A stretch of 64,000 nucleotides of DNA from assembly GCA_016844925.1 (NCBI GenBank), contig JAERTI010000020.1, positions 97-64,096 of the forward strand. The letters run 5' to 3'. The translations under genes and the position numbers were made by a program. The notes under the pieces were generated by a model, which saw only the letters and a list, made by a program, of their open reading frames with translations, was not told the DNA's origin and did not search any database. Position 1 is the first letter of the stretch. Every line of letters begins with the position of its first letter. The stretch is from Candidatus Uhrbacteria bacterium. GTDB lineage: Bacteria; Patescibacteriota; Patescibacteriia; UBA9934; GWF2-40-263. Shown one piece after another: positions 16,781 through 27,811 of this stretch.

Positions 16781-17464
16781 ATGTTTTTAGACCTTTTCTT
16801 TGGTTCACCAATGATTGCCCTGGCATGGGTGGCAGCGATTTTGATTTCGCTTACCGTGCACGAATTCTCTCATGCGCTTGTGGGAAAGCTTCGTGGGGAC
16901 AGGACGGCTGAGCGAGAAGGGAGGCTTACGCTCAATCCGATTTCGCACATGGACCCTCTTGGATTCCTCCTGATTCTGCTATTTGGATTCGGGTGGGCCA
17001 AGCCGGTACCCTACAATCCTTACAATCTAAAAGATCCAAAGTGGGACGCGGTGAAGATTGGCCTAGCAGGTCCGGCATCGAATTTAGTCCTCGCTGTCGC
17101 TGCAGGGCTAGGGTTTCGATTCTTGGTCGGTGGAGCGGCGTTGAGTGGACTTAATCTTCTAGCAATCTTCTTGTTCCTTTCGATTCTTTTGAATCTGTTC
17201 CTCCTTCTCTTTAATATTATTCCTGTACACCCCCTTGATGGGTCAAAGCTATTCTTCGCCCTCTTTGATCAGCCAAGGCACGCAAAATTGCGCCATCTTG
17301 TGGCTACGCGTGGTCCGCAGGTGCTCATGATCGCTGTACTTTTGAGTGCATTTACCAACCTCAACATCTTTTTCTTTATCTCCGAACCAGCATTTCTGGC
17401 CTGTGACGCACTGACAGGAACTAGCTGTATTGGTTATTTTTCAGCTATTTTCTCACTAATCTAG
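16781..17464 (+). CDS. Site-2 protease (peptidase M50)
   Basis: HEFSH, GRLTLNP, GWAKPVP, AGP.SN, NIIPVHPLDG. Confidence 0.93.
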   Translation: MFLDLFFGSPMIALAWVAAILISLTVHEFSHALVGKLRGDRTAEREGRLTLNPISHMDPLGFLLILLFGFGWAKPVPYNPYNLKDPKWDAVKIGLAGPASNLVLAVAAGLGFRFLVGGAALSGLNLLAIFLFLSILLNLFLLLFNIIPVHPLDGSKLFFALFDQPRHAKLRHLVATRGPQVLMIAVLLSAFTNLNIFFFISEPAFLACDALTGTSCIGYFSAIFSLI

Positions 17465-17523
17465 CTGTGGACCCACGATCTTGACGCAAAATAAGGTGAA
17501 TGGTACGCTTCGGCCGAAATTTT

Positions 17524-17949
17524 ATGCCTACAGTCAACCAATTAATTCGCAAGGGTCGCAAGACCAAGCCGTCGAAGAGTAAGTCTCCGGCCATGCAGTA
17601 CACACTGGACTCACTGCACCGTAAGACCACTCCTTTGAAAAAGGGAAGTGCGTTCAAGCGTGGTGTATGTGTGAAGGTGACCACCATGACTCCAAAGAAA
17701 CCGAACTCAGCTATTCGAAAGATTGCTCGTGTTCGTCTTTCAAACGGAACAGAGGTGAACGCCTATATCCCAGGTGAGGGTCACAACCTTCAGGAGCACT
17801 CCATCGTGATGATTCGCGGAGGACGTGTGAAGGACCTTCCTGGTGTGCGCTACCACGTTGTTCGTGGTGTCTATGACACACAGGGTGTTGAAGGCCGCAT
17901 GCAGAGCCGCTCAAAGTACGGTGCGAAGCGTCCAAAGAAGAAAAAATAG
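17524..17949 (+). CDS. rpsL: 30S ribosomal protein S12
   Basis: [24 protein letters not shown]. Confidence 0.99.
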   Translation: MPTVNQLIRKGRKTKPSKSKSPAMQYTLDSLHRKTTPLKKGSAFKRGVCVKVTTMTPKKPNSAIRKIARVRLSNGTEVNAYIPGEGHNLQEHSIVMIRGGRVKDLPGVRYHVVRGVYDTQGVEGRMQSRSKYGAKRPKKKK

Positions 17950-18050
17950 ATCGTTAAGAAGTAGAGAGCATTGCTTTCTACTTTTATTTAATACATTCAT
18001 CGGAGTACCTCATCGCATGGGGGAAGGTCCGATGAGATAACGTCATAACT

Positions 18051-18521
18051 ATGCGAGGTAAGAAAGCCCCACGGCGTCAACTAACGCCAGATCCAAAGTT
18101 TGGTAACGTCTACGTTACGAAGCTTATTAATTACATTATGCTCGACGGTAAGAAGTCCATCGCCCGAAAGGTGGTGTACGACGCCTTCGACATCATGGCA
18201 GAGAAAACAAAGGAGGAAGCCATTGACGTGTTTGAAAAAGCATTGAAGAACGTGATGCCTTCTCTCGAGGTGAAGAGTAAGCGTGTTGGTGGTGCAAACT
18301 ACCAGGTGCCAATGTCTGTGCGCGGAGAGCGCCGATATGTATTGGCATACCGCTGGCTCATTGCGGCCGCTCGATCCAAGAAGGGGCGACCTATGGCACA
18401 GCGTCTTGCAGATGAATTGATTGCAGCTTCACAGGGAGAGGGTGACGCCATGAAAAAGAAACAAGACGTTCAGCGCATGGCAGAAGCCAACCGCGCCTTT
18501 GCTCACTTTGCACGACGATAA
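18051..18521 (+). CDS. rpsG: 30S ribosomal protein S7
   Basis: RVGGANYQVP, MAEANRAFAH. Confidence 0.99.
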   Translation: MRGKKAPRRQLTPDPKFGNVYVTKLINYIMLDGKKSIARKVVYDAFDIMAEKTKEEAIDVFEKALKNVMPSLEVKSKRVGGANYQVPMSVRGERRYVLAYRWLIAAARSKKGRPMAQRLADELIAASQGEGDAMKKKQDVQRMAEANRAFAHFARR

Positions 18522-18530
18522 TCAACATAT

Positions 18531-20621
18531 ATGGCACGTGAATACCCATTGGATAAGATCCGTAACTTCGGAATTTTTGCGCACATTGACGCAGGAAAGA
18601 CTACTGTTTCAGAGCGCATCCTTTTTTACACTGGACGAAAGCACAAGATTGGTGAGGTGCACGAAGGTGGTGCAACCATGGACTGGATGGAGCAGGAGCA
18701 GGAGCGTGGAATCACTATTACTGCAGCTGCAACAACGTGTTTCTGGAAGGATCATCAGTTGAACCTGATTGATACTCCAGGGCACATTGACTTTACTGTT
18801 GAGGTGAAGCGCTCTATGCGCGTGCTCGATGGTGGTATTGCTGTATTTGATGGTGTTGCTGGAGTGGAGCCACAGTCTGAGACAAACTGGCGCTACGCTG
18901 ATGATTACAAAGTTCCTCGCTTGGTCTTCATTAACAAGATGGACCGTACGGGAGCAGATTTCTTTAAGGACCTTGATTCAATCCATGACCGATTGACCAA
19001 GAATGCTTACCCAATCCAGTTGCCAATCGGAGCAGAGGCAGATTTCCTTGGAGTGATCGACTTGGTGAAGATGAATGCCACAATTTATAAAGATGAGCTT
19101 GGTCGTGAGATGGAAGTTGTTGAGATTCCAGCTGAGTACAAAGAACAGGCGGACGAGTGGCGTGCAAAGTTGCTCGAGGCTGTTGCTGAGAACGACGAGA
19201 CTCTCATGGAGAAGTACCTTGGTGGTGAAGAGATTACCGAGGAAGAAATTGTTACGGTTATTCGACGGGCTACACTCGCCAACGAGTTTGTTCCTGTTAT
19301 GTGTGGAACCGCTTTGAAGAATAAGGGTGTACAGCTCCTTCTTGATGCGGCTGTCGCCTACCTACCAAGTCCAATTGACGTTGAGGCTGTGACAGGAACA
19401 GATCCAGATGATGAAGAGGTTGAGCTCAAACGTGAGCATTCTACAGAAGATCCTTTTGCAGCATTGGCGTTTAAGATCGCCGCTGACCCATTCGTCGGGA
19501 AGCTGGCATTCTTCCGTGTCTATTCTGGAAAGGTGAAAGCAGGTTCTTACATCTTGAACACTTCAACAGGTAAGCGTGAGCGTGTTGGTCGTATTGTGCG
19601 TCTGCACGCAAACTCTCGTGAGGAAGTTGAGGAGGTGTATGCGGGTGAGATTGCCGCCATGGTGGGTCTGAAAGAAACATTTACTGGTCACACACTATCT
19701 GATCCAGAAAACCCAATTCTTCTTGAGTCTATCGTTTTCCCTGAGCCAGTTATCTCGATCGCGATCGAGCCAAAGACAAAGCAGGACCAGGAGAAGATGG
19801 GTGTCGCTTTGCAGAAGCTTGCTGAGGAAGATCCAACATTCCGTGTTCGTACAGATGAGGAGACCAACCAGGTTATCATTTCAGGAATGGGAGAGCTGCA
19901 CTTGGACATCATTGTTGATCGTCTAAAGCGTGAGTTCTCCGTTGAGTGTAACGTTGGTCAGCCACAGGTAAGCTACCGTGAGACCGTGAAAGGAAATAGT
20001 GAAGGAGAAGGAAAGTTTGTTCGTCAGTCTGGTGGACGTGGTCAGTATGGTCACTGTCAAGTACGCATGGAGAAACTTGAGCCAGGTGAAGGTGTTCAGT
20101 TCGAAGAGGTTGTGAAAGGTGGTGCTATTCCAAAAGAGTACTTCAACGCCATTGAGAAGGGTGTTCGTGAGGCGGCTGACAGAGGTGTTGTCGCTGGGTA
20201 TCCTGTATTGGATCTGAAGATTACTTTGTACGATGGAACGTATCACGATGTTGACTCTTCTGAAGCTGCCTTTAAGATCGCTGGATCCATGGCGTTCCAG
20301 GATGCTGCTAAGAAGGCAGGAATTGATTTGCTCGAGCCTGTGATGAAGGTTGAGGTGAGTACACCAGAAGACTTCATGGGAACCGTTGTGGGAGATCTCA
20401 ATGCAAAACGTGGTCAGATTCAGGAGATGAATGACCGTGCGGGCGCGAAGATGATTACGGCGTTCGTGCCGTTGGCTGAGATGTTTGGCTACGCAACGTC
20501 CCTCCGTTCTATTACCCAGGGTCGTGCAAGCTACTCAATGGAGTTTGATCACTACGCAGTAGTGCCATCAAATGTTGCCAAAGACATTATTGAGAAGCGC
20601 GGAGGAAGCGCATCAAAGTAG
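18531..20621 (+). CDS. fusA: Elongation factor G
   Basis: [30 protein letters not shown]. Confidence 0.99.
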   Translation: MAREYPLDKIRNFGIFAHIDAGKTTVSERILFYTGRKHKIGEVHEGGATMDWMEQEQERGITITAAATTCFWKDHQLNLIDTPGHIDFTVEVKRSMRVLDGGIAVFDGVAGVEPQSETNWRYADDYKVPRLVFINKMDRTGADFFKDLDSIHDRLTKNAYPIQLPIGAEADFLGVIDLVKMNATIYKDELGREMEVVEIPAEYKEQADEWRAKLLEAVAENDETLMEKYLGGEEITEEEIVTVIRRATLANEFVPVMCGTALKNKGVQLLLDAAVAYLPSPIDVEAVTGTDPDDEEVELKREHSTEDPFAALAFKIAADPFVGKLAFFRVYSGKVKAGSYILNTSTGKRERVGRIVRLHANSREEVEEVYAGEIAAMVGLKETFTGHTLSDPENPILLESIVFPEPVISIAIEPKTKQDQEKMGVALQKLAEEDPTFRVRTDEETNQVIISGMGELHLDIIVDRLKREFSVECNVGQPQVSYRETVKGNSEGEGKFVRQSGGRGQYGHCQVRMEKLEPGEGVQFEEVVKGGAIPKEYFNAIEKGVREAADRGVVAGYPVLDLKITLYDGTYHDVDSSEAAFKIAGSMAFQDAAKKAGIDLLEPVMKVEVSTPEDFMGTVVGDLNAKRGQIQEMNDRAGAKMITAFVPLAEMFGYATSLRSITQGRASYSMEFDHYAVVPSNVAKDIIEKRGGSASK

Positions 20622-20627
20622 AATATA

Positions 20628-20654
20628 AAAACAGAGCCCTTGAGGCTCTGTTTT
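20628..20654. terminator. Bidirectional terminator after fusA
   Basis: AAAACAGAGCC-CTTGA-GGCTCTGTTTT. Confidence 0.8.
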
Positions 20655-20656
20655 GT

Positions 20657-21196
20657 TTACAGTGTGTAAAGAAGGGCCTTTCCTTGTTTTGCCACAGGTG
20701 TACGTCCTGGTAGTTCAAAGGCATGTGAGACGATACGAGTGCCTTTGGGGAGCTCAAGTTCGATTTTATCGCGTAGCTTCTCCATGGAATAGGGGATCTG
20801 GTACAAGAATACGAGAGTTGTTCCACCAAGGTCCGCCTTCCACATAGACTGCTTCTTTACTTGGATCCTATCGTCAACGTTTGCACGCTTCGCTTTTTGT
20901 CGTGCAAGTTTCACGAGGCCAGGATGGATTTCATATCCGATGGCTCTTGCTGCGCCAGCCTTCGCGGCTGCGATAAGAAGCCGGCCGTCACCCGATCCTA
21001 GGTCGATGACCGAGTCCGTTGGTTTTATGTCAGCCAGAGCAATCATGTCTTCAACAACGTCGTGTCCAGTTGGTACATAGGGTCCTCCTCCAGCTATGAT
21101 AGGAATGAGCATGCTGCCAAACCACCAGATTGCCGCTATGTCGATCGCAATGATGAGCGCTGCGAATAGGAGAAAGGTAAATGTGATAATATCCAT
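20657..21196 (-). CDS. Membrane-anchored class I SAM-dependent methyltransferase
   Basis: N-terminal TM, PYVPT, DLGSGDGR, GYEI, IVSHAF. Confidence 0.9.
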   Translation of the reverse strand: MDIITFTFLLFAALIIAIDIAAIWWFGSMLIPIIAGGGPYVPTGHDVVEDMIALADIKPTDSVIDLGSGDGRLLIAAAKAGAARAIGYEIHPGLVKLARQKAKRANVDDRIQVKKQSMWKADLGGTTLVFLYQIPYSMEKLRDKIELELPKGTRIVSHAFELPGRTPVAKQGKALLYTL

Positions 21197-21201
21197 ACGC
21201 T

Positions 21202-22221
21202 ATGAATGATCTTATTCCAAAACAGGTTCTTGATGCCTATGATATCGGGAAAATTGTTTCCTTGAAAGCGGTTACTGACGGTTTGGTGCATCAAACGTTT
21301 GAACTAAAGACAGATGAGGGGAGGTTTATTCTTCAGAATGTACATCCAGTGCTTGCAACAAAAGCGGTTGGAGCCGATTTTTTGGCTGTCACGCACCATC
21401 TGGCTGAACAGGGGTTTCCAAGCCCTGAGGCTGTCTTATCAAAAGATGGAGAAATACTAGTTGCCCACGAGGGGAATAAGTGGCGCATGCAGACGAAATT
21501 GTCCGGAAAAACCGTGCATGTGCTGGAGGATCGATTAATGGCTCGGGAGGCTGGTGAGATTTATGCCAGGTTTCATCACGTAATGGATGGGATGAAGTAC
21601 ACCTTTAAGGCGAAGAAGCTTTTGCATGAGACGCGAAAGATTTACAATAAGTTTTTGGGGGAGATACGTCGACCTAAATACACGTCGTTGCTAAGTGATG
21701 TAGAGGAAGAGATCACGTTTATTAAGGAGGAGATGCCCAAGTTCTTTTTGCCAGAAGATCTTCCCTTGCGCGTGATCCATGGTGATCCAAAGATTTCGAA
21801 TGTGTTGTTCGATCGAAACGGTAAGGCTAAGGCGATTATTGATCTCGATACATGCAATCGCCGCCCGTTGTTGGTAGAATTAGGTGATGCATTCCGGTCG
21901 TGGTGTGGTAACGCTGAAGATGATCCAAAGAATAAATTCTGCCTACGCATGTTTCAGTCTGCTTGGGGAGGGTACCGAGAAGGGATTGGGGATTTGATGA
22001 CTGATCGAGAGCGGGCCCATCTTGCTCAGTCGATCGGTACGATCACTCTTGAGCTTGCCTGCAGGTTTCTTACAGATTATTTCACGGATAACTATTTTGG
22101 CTGGGACCCTAAACGGTATGCGTCGCGGCGTGAGCACAATCTCGCACGGTGTCGAGGTCAAATTAAGGAATTTCTTGATTACAAAAAGAAGTTACCAAAG
22201 ATCGAGAAGATGATTGGGTAA
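21202..22221 (+). CDS. APH/choline-kinase-like phosphotransferase (N-acetylhexosamine kinase-like)
   Basis: HGDPKISN catalytic loop, IDLDT, GDAFRS, RFLTDY. Confidence 0.85.
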   Translation: MNDLIPKQVLDAYDIGKIVSLKAVTDGLVHQTFELKTDEGRFILQNVHPVLATKAVGADFLAVTHHLAEQGFPSPEAVLSKDGEILVAHEGNKWRMQTKLSGKTVHVLEDRLMAREAGEIYARFHHVMDGMKYTFKAKKLLHETRKIYNKFLGEIRRPKYTSLLSDVEEEITFIKEEMPKFFLPEDLPLRVIHGDPKISNVLFDRNGKAKAIIDLDTCNRRPLLVELGDAFRSWCGNAEDDPKNKFCLRMFQSAWGGYREGIGDLMTDRERAHLAQSIGTITLELACRFLTDYFTDNYFGWDPKRYASRREHNLARCRGQIKEFLDYKKKLPKIEKMIG

Positions 22222-22224
22222 AAC

Positions 22225-22390
22225 AAAACACTCCGCCAGAAGCGGGGTGTTTTCTATCTGAGCATGGAAGTTCTGTTTCAGGCTTGACTGTGTTACTCCG
22301 TCCTGTTCATCAACCTCTTTCCTGTGCTTGTGTGGCTCAGATGGCTTCCGTTGAATTGAATCAGCGGGTATATCGCGATACTGCACAAGA
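22225..22390 (-). ncRNA. Candidate stand-alone small RNA
   Basis: Minus-strand TTGACG-17-TATTCT promoter (22423-22395), terminator at 22225-22253, long-range ATCTGAGC/GCTCAGAT stem, no contained ORF. Confidence 0.4.
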
Positions 22391-22504
22391 GAAGAGAATA
22401 GCAGGAATAGGTGATTTCGTCAAGGCATAATGTGTCTTTGTCCTTAAAAACGGGTGTAAATAGCTTCTTGACACCCCGGTGGCATGGGCTACAATGCCGG
22501 CACT

Positions 22505-22993
22505 ATGATGAATAACTTTGAACGTATCTTAAGGCTCGTTCAACGTACGGGCGACAGGGTGGTGGTTCTTGAGAAAGAAACTGACCAGGCATATGTTGTT
22601 ATGGATCTTGATGAATACGAGACCATGCTTGATGTGCAGCATGATTTGTCCATTGTGGATGACCAGGAGATGGTTAATGCAAGTGATGAATCAGGGCTTC
22701 TACAGGAAGAAGTTTTGAACACGGGGGAACTTGATGGTGGTGACAGTGAAGGGGTAGACGTGTGGGACGTAATGCAGGGTGCAAACGACAGTGGTCAGAC
22801 CTGGGACCCAACCTCGCTTTCTGAGGAAGAGCTTGTGGATCTGGAGCAGCAATACCAAGCTTTTGCCAATAGACATGTTCAGGAGGCAATTGACGAGGTG
22901 CAAGTACCTCAGGGCTTATCGCCAAATCTTGAGGCATCTACGGATGAAGATGAATACGGTGAAGAGTCTTTTTATCTTGAGCCTGTAGAATAA
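22505..22993 (+). CDS. Hypothetical protein, Phd/YefM-like N-terminus and acidic C-terminus
   Basis: GDRVVV...AYVVMDLDEYE; TTGACA...TACAAT promoter. Confidence 0.7.
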   Translation: MMNNFERILRLVQRTGDRVVVLEKETDQAYVVMDLDEYETMLDVQHDLSIVDDQEMVNASDESGLLQEEVLNTGELDGGDSEGVDVWDVMQGANDSGQTWDPTSLSEEELVDLEQQYQAFANRHVQEAIDEVQVPQGLSPNLEASTDEDEYGEESFYLEPVE

Positions 22994-23143
22994 GCCTGTT
23001 TTACAGTGTTAATAACTCGTGGGTAGGATGCTTGCACGTTTTGAGTCCCTCTGTTATACTCCCCCACGTCTCTAAATTGACGTAAAAAATCGTTTAAAAA
23101 CGTAATTAATTTCGGGCATGTTTGCCCAAATCCTTGTAACGTT

Positions 23144-24337
23144 ATGGCCGAAGTCTTTGAGCGAAACAAGCCGCACGTAAACGTTGGTACCATTGGTCAC
23201 GTTGACCACGGTAAGACTACTACGACGGCAGCCCTCCTTGCAGTTTTGAATGCAAAGGGAATGAGCGCCCAGTCAAAGGGTGTTGATGATTTGGACAAAG
23301 CTCCAGAGTCAAAGGAGCGTGGTATTACCATCGCTACTGCTCACTGTGAGTATGAGTCTGACAAGCGTCACTATGCGCACGTCGACTGCCCAGGTCACGC
23401 TGACTACATTAAGAACATGATTACCGGTGCCGCACAGATGGACGGAGCTATCTTGGTTGTGTCTGCTGCTGACGGTCCAATGCCACAGACTCGTGAGCAC
23501 ATCCTTCTTGCTAAGCAGGTTGGGGTGCCAGCTGTTGTAGTATTTTTGAACAAAATTGATCAGGTTGACGATCCTGAGTTGGTTGACCTTGTTGAAGAGG
23601 AAGTACGTGATCTTCTTAAGCAGTACGAGTTCCCTGGCGATGATGTGCCAGTTATTCGTGGATCTGCATTGAAGGCTGTTGAGAATCCAACAGACGAAGA
23701 GGCTATCAAGCCAATCATGGAGATCGTTGATGCATTGGACAACTACATCCCAGAGCCAGTGCGTGACACAGAAAAGCCATACCTCATGCCTATCGAAGAC
23801 GTTTTCTCTATTGAGGGACGTGGAACAGTTGTAACTGGTCGTATCGAGCGCGGTATTGTGAAGGTTGGTGAAGAGATTGAGATTGTTGGTATCAAGGAGG
23901 AGTCATCTAAGACCACCGTTACAGGTGTTGAGATGTTCAACAAGTCTCTTGATGAGGGGCGTGCTGGTGATAACGCCGGTATCCTTCTTCGTGGAGTAAA
24001 GAAAGAGGATGTTGAGCGTGGAATGGTTCTTGCTGCTCCAGGTTCTATCACTCCACATACTGAATTTGAGGCAGAGGTCTACGCTCTTTCAAAGGAAGAG
24101 GGTGGTCGTCATAAGCCGTTTTTCAAGGGATACAAGCCACAGTTCTACATCCGTACAACTGATGTGACTGGTGAAGTTACTTTGCCAGAGGGAACAGAGA
24201 TGGTTATGCCTGGTGATACAGTCAATTTGGTTATCAAGTTGATTCAGCCAGTTGCCCTTGAGGAAAAGATGTCCTTTGCTATCCGCGAGGGAGGTCGCAC
24301 GGTAGGAGCTGGAATTGTAACCAAGATTATCAACTAA
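23144..24337 (+). CDS. tuf: Elongation factor Tu
   Basis: [34 protein letters not shown]. Confidence 0.99.
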   Translation: MAEVFERNKPHVNVGTIGHVDHGKTTTTAALLAVLNAKGMSAQSKGVDDLDKAPESKERGITIATAHCEYESDKRHYAHVDCPGHADYIKNMITGAAQMDGAILVVSAADGPMPQTREHILLAKQVGVPAVVVFLNKIDQVDDPELVDLVEEEVRDLLKQYEFPGDDVPVIRGSALKAVENPTDEEAIKPIMEIVDALDNYIPEPVRDTEKPYLMPIEDVFSIEGRGTVVTGRIERGIVKVGEEIEIVGIKEESSKTTVTGVEMFNKSLDEGRAGDNAGILLRGVKKEDVERGMVLAAPGSITPHTEFEAEVYALSKEEGGRHKPFFKGYKPQFYIRTTDVTGEVTLPEGTEMVMPGDTVNLVIKLIQPVALEEKMSFAIREGGRTVGAGIVTKIIN

Positions 24338-24391
24338 TAATTTTAGGAGGGGCGGGTAACCGTCCCTCCTTTTCGTTCTTTCTTTACGCTT

Positions 24392-24724
24392 GTGTCAGAA
24401 GAGAAAAAAACAACAGAAGAAAAGCCACGCATCCGGATCAAGATCAAAGCTTATGATCATAAAATTATTGATCAGGCTACTCAGACGATCATCAAGACCG
24501 CTGAGCGATCTGGTGCGCAGGTGGTTGGTCCAGTTCCGCTTCCAACAGAGAAGCGGAAGTACACTGTGAACAAATCAACGTTTGTTCACAAGGATTCACG
24601 AGAACAGTATGAAATGCGGGTGCATAAGCGCCTCATTGACATCACGAGTCCAACAGACCGAACCATTGATTCGCTCATGAGCTTGAATCTACCTGCTGGC
24701 GTAGACGTTGAAATCAAAACCTAA
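24392..24724 (+). CDS. rpsJ: 30S ribosomal protein S10
   Basis: [21 protein letters not shown]; GTG start. Confidence 0.98.
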   Translation: MSEEKKTTEEKPRIRIKIKAYDHKIIDQATQTIIKTAERSGAQVVGPVPLPTEKRKYTVNKSTFVHKDSREQYEMRVHKRLIDITSPTDRTIDSLMSLNLPAGVDVEIKT

Positions 24725-24727
24725 CCC

Positions 24728-25000
24728 AGATGGGGTGGGGAATGAGAAGAGATTAAGATGTGTCTTTTCAACACCCACCCTGTCTACAAGCGATTCGAAA
24801 ACGTGGAAGAGAGATCTCGTGCCTATAGACGCGGAACTCGGAGAAAACCTTCCTGTGGTTGACGAAATCGTTACGGAGAACTTGCTACCTAACATTATTA
24901 CAATACTCTCAATCAGAACTCGCGAGCAACGATGCTCGTTTGGATTGTGAGGCTAGAAGCCGGCAGAGGTAGTTTTCACCTCTATCGACTTCTAGCTTTT
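24728..25000 (+). ncRNA. Structured intergenic RNA between rpsJ and rplC (candidate cis-regulator)
   Basis: Several consecutive helices with G-U pairs, ending in the GCTAGAAG...CTTCTAGC-TTTT hairpin. Confidence 0.5.
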
Positions 25001-25013
25001 ATGCTAGTTTCAT

Positions 25014-25643
25014 ATGTCTTTCATTATCGGACGAAAAATTGAAATGAGCCAGCAGTTTAAGGATGATGGGTCTGTTGTGCCTGTCACCTTGATTAAGGCT
25101 GAGCCAAACGTAGTTACACAGGTGTGTGAATCCAATGCAGGTGGTCATCGAACCGTTCAGGTTGGATTCGAAGTATCAACACGCTTGAATAAGCCAGAGG
25201 GTGGTCACTTAAAGGATCTCCCACAGGTAAGCACGCTTAAGGAATTTCGTGTTGGAAAAGATGAGGAATTCAACCGTGGTGACAATATTACTGTTGAAGC
25301 ATTCGAACCAGGAGTTCGCGTTGACGTAACGGGAGTTTCAAAGGGGCGTGGCTATGCAGGTGTTATGAAGCGTCACGGATTTAAGTGTGGACAAGCAACG
25401 CACGGAAACAAGGACCAGCAGAGAATGCCTGGATCTATTGCTTCTTTCCCGCAGGGAAAGGTGATTAAAGGAAAACGAATGTCAGGTCGCATGGGAAATG
25501 ACCGTGTAACAGTCAAAAATTTGGAAGTTGTTTCTATCGATCCAACGAATCACGTGATTGCCATTAAGGGAGCTGTCCCAGGTGCGCGTGGAGGACTTGT
25601 GATGATTAAGACCCGTGCAGGGAAAACCGTATGGCAAGCGTAA
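25014..25643 (+). CDS. rplC: 50S ribosomal protein L3
   Basis: SKGRGYAGVMKRH, KGAVPG. Confidence 0.98.
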   Translation: MSFIIGRKIEMSQQFKDDGSVVPVTLIKAEPNVVTQVCESNAGGHRTVQVGFEVSTRLNKPEGGHLKDLPQVSTLKEFRVGKDEEFNRGDNITVEAFEPGVRVDVTGVSKGRGYAGVMKRHGFKCGQATHGNKDQQRMPGSIASFPQGKVIKGKRMSGRMGNDRVTVKNLEVVSIDPTNHVIAIKGAVPGARGGLVMIKTRAGKTVWQA

Positions 25644-26266
25644 CACTCTACAAGATTGACGGATCACAACAGGGCACGCTTGAGCTGCCATCTGCATTGT
25701 TTGATGTGAAGGTGGAGCCAGCATTGGTTCACGAAGCCGTGGTTGCACAGAATGCTAACGCACGTGCGTCGATTGCTCACACAAAGACTCGTGGAGAAGT
25801 ACGAGGTGGTGGTCGAAAGCCATGGAAGCAGAAGGGAACTGGTCGTGCTCGACATGGATCACGCCGTTCACCAATCTGGTCCGGTGGTGGTATTACCTTC
25901 GGTCCTCGAAACATCCGGAATTTTTCTTTGAAGATGAATCGCAAGGCCCGACGTAAGGCTCTTGCTATGGTATTGACTGACAAACTGGCAAGCGAACGTT
26001 TCGTGGCAGTTGAGACTCTCTCATTGGAAGATGCAAAAACAAAGACATTGGCTAGTATTTTGGCAAAGCTTCCTGTTAGCGCAAAGAAGACTTTGATTGT
26101 GACAATGCCTGAGAATAAAAGCGTTTCCTTGGCAGCAAAAAACATTCCTGCAGTAGAAACAATTCCTGCAAATGCTCTGAATGTGGTTGACTTGTTGCGC
26201 TACGAGTATCTTCTGGTCACAAAAGATGCCGCGGAGTTTATTGGACAGCACTATAACCGAGCATAG
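25631..26266 (+). CDS. rplD: 50S ribosomal protein L4
   Basis: KPWKQKGTGRARHGS. Confidence 0.98.
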   Translation: MASVTLYKIDGSQQGTLELPSALFDVKVEPALVHEAVVAQNANARASIAHTKTRGEVRGGGRKPWKQKGTGRARHGSRRSPIWSGGGITFGPRNIRNFSLKMNRKARRKALAMVLTDKLASERFVAVETLSLEDAKTKTLASILAKLPVSAKKTLIVTMPENKSVSLAAKNIPAVETIPANALNVVDLLRYEYLLVTKDAAEFIGQHYNRA

Positions 26267-26268
26267 AT

Positions 26269-26685
26269 ATGGGTATCTTGAAACGTATCAAAAAGTCTGA
26301 TGCTGACACGAAGGCCACCGAAAAGAAGGTGGAGGCTGTGGCTGCAGCACCAAAGACTACAAAGAAAAAAGTTGCTTCAACAAAGAACAAGTCTTCAAAA
26401 GCAACGGAAACGAATGTCATCTTGAGACCACTTGTAACAGAGAAGACAGCGGTGTTAGCAAGTGCTGGAAAGTATGTATTTGTAGTAAGTTCTGGCGCAA
26501 ATCGTATTCAGGTAAAAACTGCTATTAAGGAAATGTTCGGCGTTGCTCCAACGTCCGTAAATATTCAGAATGTTCGCGGGAAGCGTGTGCGTTTTGGAAA
26601 GCGACGTGGAAAACGATCCGACTGGAAAAAGGCTGTTGTGAGTTTGCCAAAGGGTCAGAAAATTAATGTCTACGAAGGTGTTTAA
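26269..26685 (+). CDS. rplW: 50S ribosomal protein L23 with N-terminal Lys/Ala extension
   Basis: PLVTEK, WKKAVV. Confidence 0.96.
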   Translation: MGILKRIKKSDADTKATEKKVEAVAAAPKTTKKKVASTKNKSSKATETNVILRPLVTEKTAVLASAGKYVFVVSSGANRIQVKTAIKEMFGVAPTSVNIQNVRGKRVRFGKRRGKRSDWKKAVVSLPKGQKINVYEGV

Positions 26686-26690
26686 ACGAT

Positions 26691-27539
26691 ATGGGAGTTA
26701 AGCGATATAAACCAACAACCCCAGGGCGTCGCATTTCAAGCGTGGACGATTTTTCTGATGTGACAAAGTCATCTCCAGAGAAAAAGTTGACCATTAAGAA
26801 AAAGAAGCACTCTGGACGCACTAAGGGAAAGATTACCGTGCGACATCGTGGAGGCGGAGCAAAGCGCCGCATTCGACTTGTCGACTACAAGCGAGAAAAG
26901 TTTGATGTTCCGGCAAAGGTTGCGGCCATCGAGTACGACCCAAACCGTGGAGCACGACTCGCCTTACTACACTATGCAGATGGTGAGAAGCGTTACATGG
27001 TTGCACCAATAGGTTTGAAGGTCGGTGACTCTGTTGTGTCTTCAATGAAGCGGGGTGAGATCCAGACAGGGAACCGTTATAAGCTGGAGGACATCCCTGT
27101 TGGTATGCAGATCTACAACATCGAGCTCAAGCCTGGCAAAGGTGGGCAAATCGTTCGTGGAGCTGGTACATCGGCTCAACTAATGGCGATCGATGGATCA
27201 TATGCAACTGTACGGCTTCCATCTGGTGAGGTGCGAATGGTGCCAAAACTCTGTATGGCAACGCTTGGACAGACATCTAATCCAGATCGACGTCTGATTC
27301 GATGGGGTAAGGCTGGACGTACACGTCACCGAGGCATTCGTCCAACAGTTCGTGGTAAAGCCATGAACCCAGTTGATCACCCTCATGGTGGTGGAGAAGG
27401 AGCTAACCCAATTGGATTGAAGCGACCAAAGACTCCAACAGGTAAACCTGCGTTGGGAGTGAAGACACGTCGAAAGCGAGCATCAGATAAACTGATCATC
27501 AAACGTCGAAAGAAAGGACGATTTGTAGGCGGAAAATAA
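26691..27539 (+). CDS. rplB: 50S ribosomal protein L2
   Basis: [19 protein letters not shown]. Confidence 0.99.
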   Translation: MGVKRYKPTTPGRRISSVDDFSDVTKSSPEKKLTIKKKKHSGRTKGKITVRHRGGGAKRRIRLVDYKREKFDVPAKVAAIEYDPNRGARLALLHYADGEKRYMVAPIGLKVGDSVVSSMKRGEIQTGNRYKLEDIPVGMQIYNIELKPGKGGQIVRGAGTSAQLMAIDGSYATVRLPSGEVRMVPKLCMATLGQTSNPDRRLIRWGKAGRTRHRGIRPTVRGKAMNPVDHPHGGGEGANPIGLKRPKTPTGKPALGVKTRRKRASDKLIIKRRKKGRFVGGK

Positions 27540-27540
27540 T

Positions 27541-27807
27541 ATGGCACGAAGCTTGAAAAAAGGACCTTACGTCCACCCAAAACTACTCAAAAAAATCGCT
27601 GCGCGTAAGCCAGGCGAAGGGGCTCCTATTAAAACATGGGCGCGTTCTTCGACGATTACTCCAGAAATGGTTGGCTTTACCTTCGCGGTACATAACGGAA
27701 GAGATTTTATTTCTGTGCGAGTGGTTGAGAATATGGTCGGGCACAAGCTTGGGGAATTTTCTCCAACGCGAAAGTTTGTTCGACATGGTGGTAAAGCTAA
27801 GGGTTAA
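27541..27807 (+). CDS. rpsS: 30S ribosomal protein S19
   Basis: [16 protein letters not shown]. Confidence 0.99.
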   Translation: MARSLKKGPYVHPKLLKKIAARKPGEGAPIKTWARSSTITPEMVGFTFAVHNGRDFISVRVVENMVGHKLGEFSPTRKFVRHGGKAKG

Positions 27808-27811
27808 TACT

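Noticed and set aside
26269-26410. Lys/Ala-rich extensions on L23 (also L22 and S5)
   Set aside because: Low-complexity r-protein tails are common and not evidence of a new system
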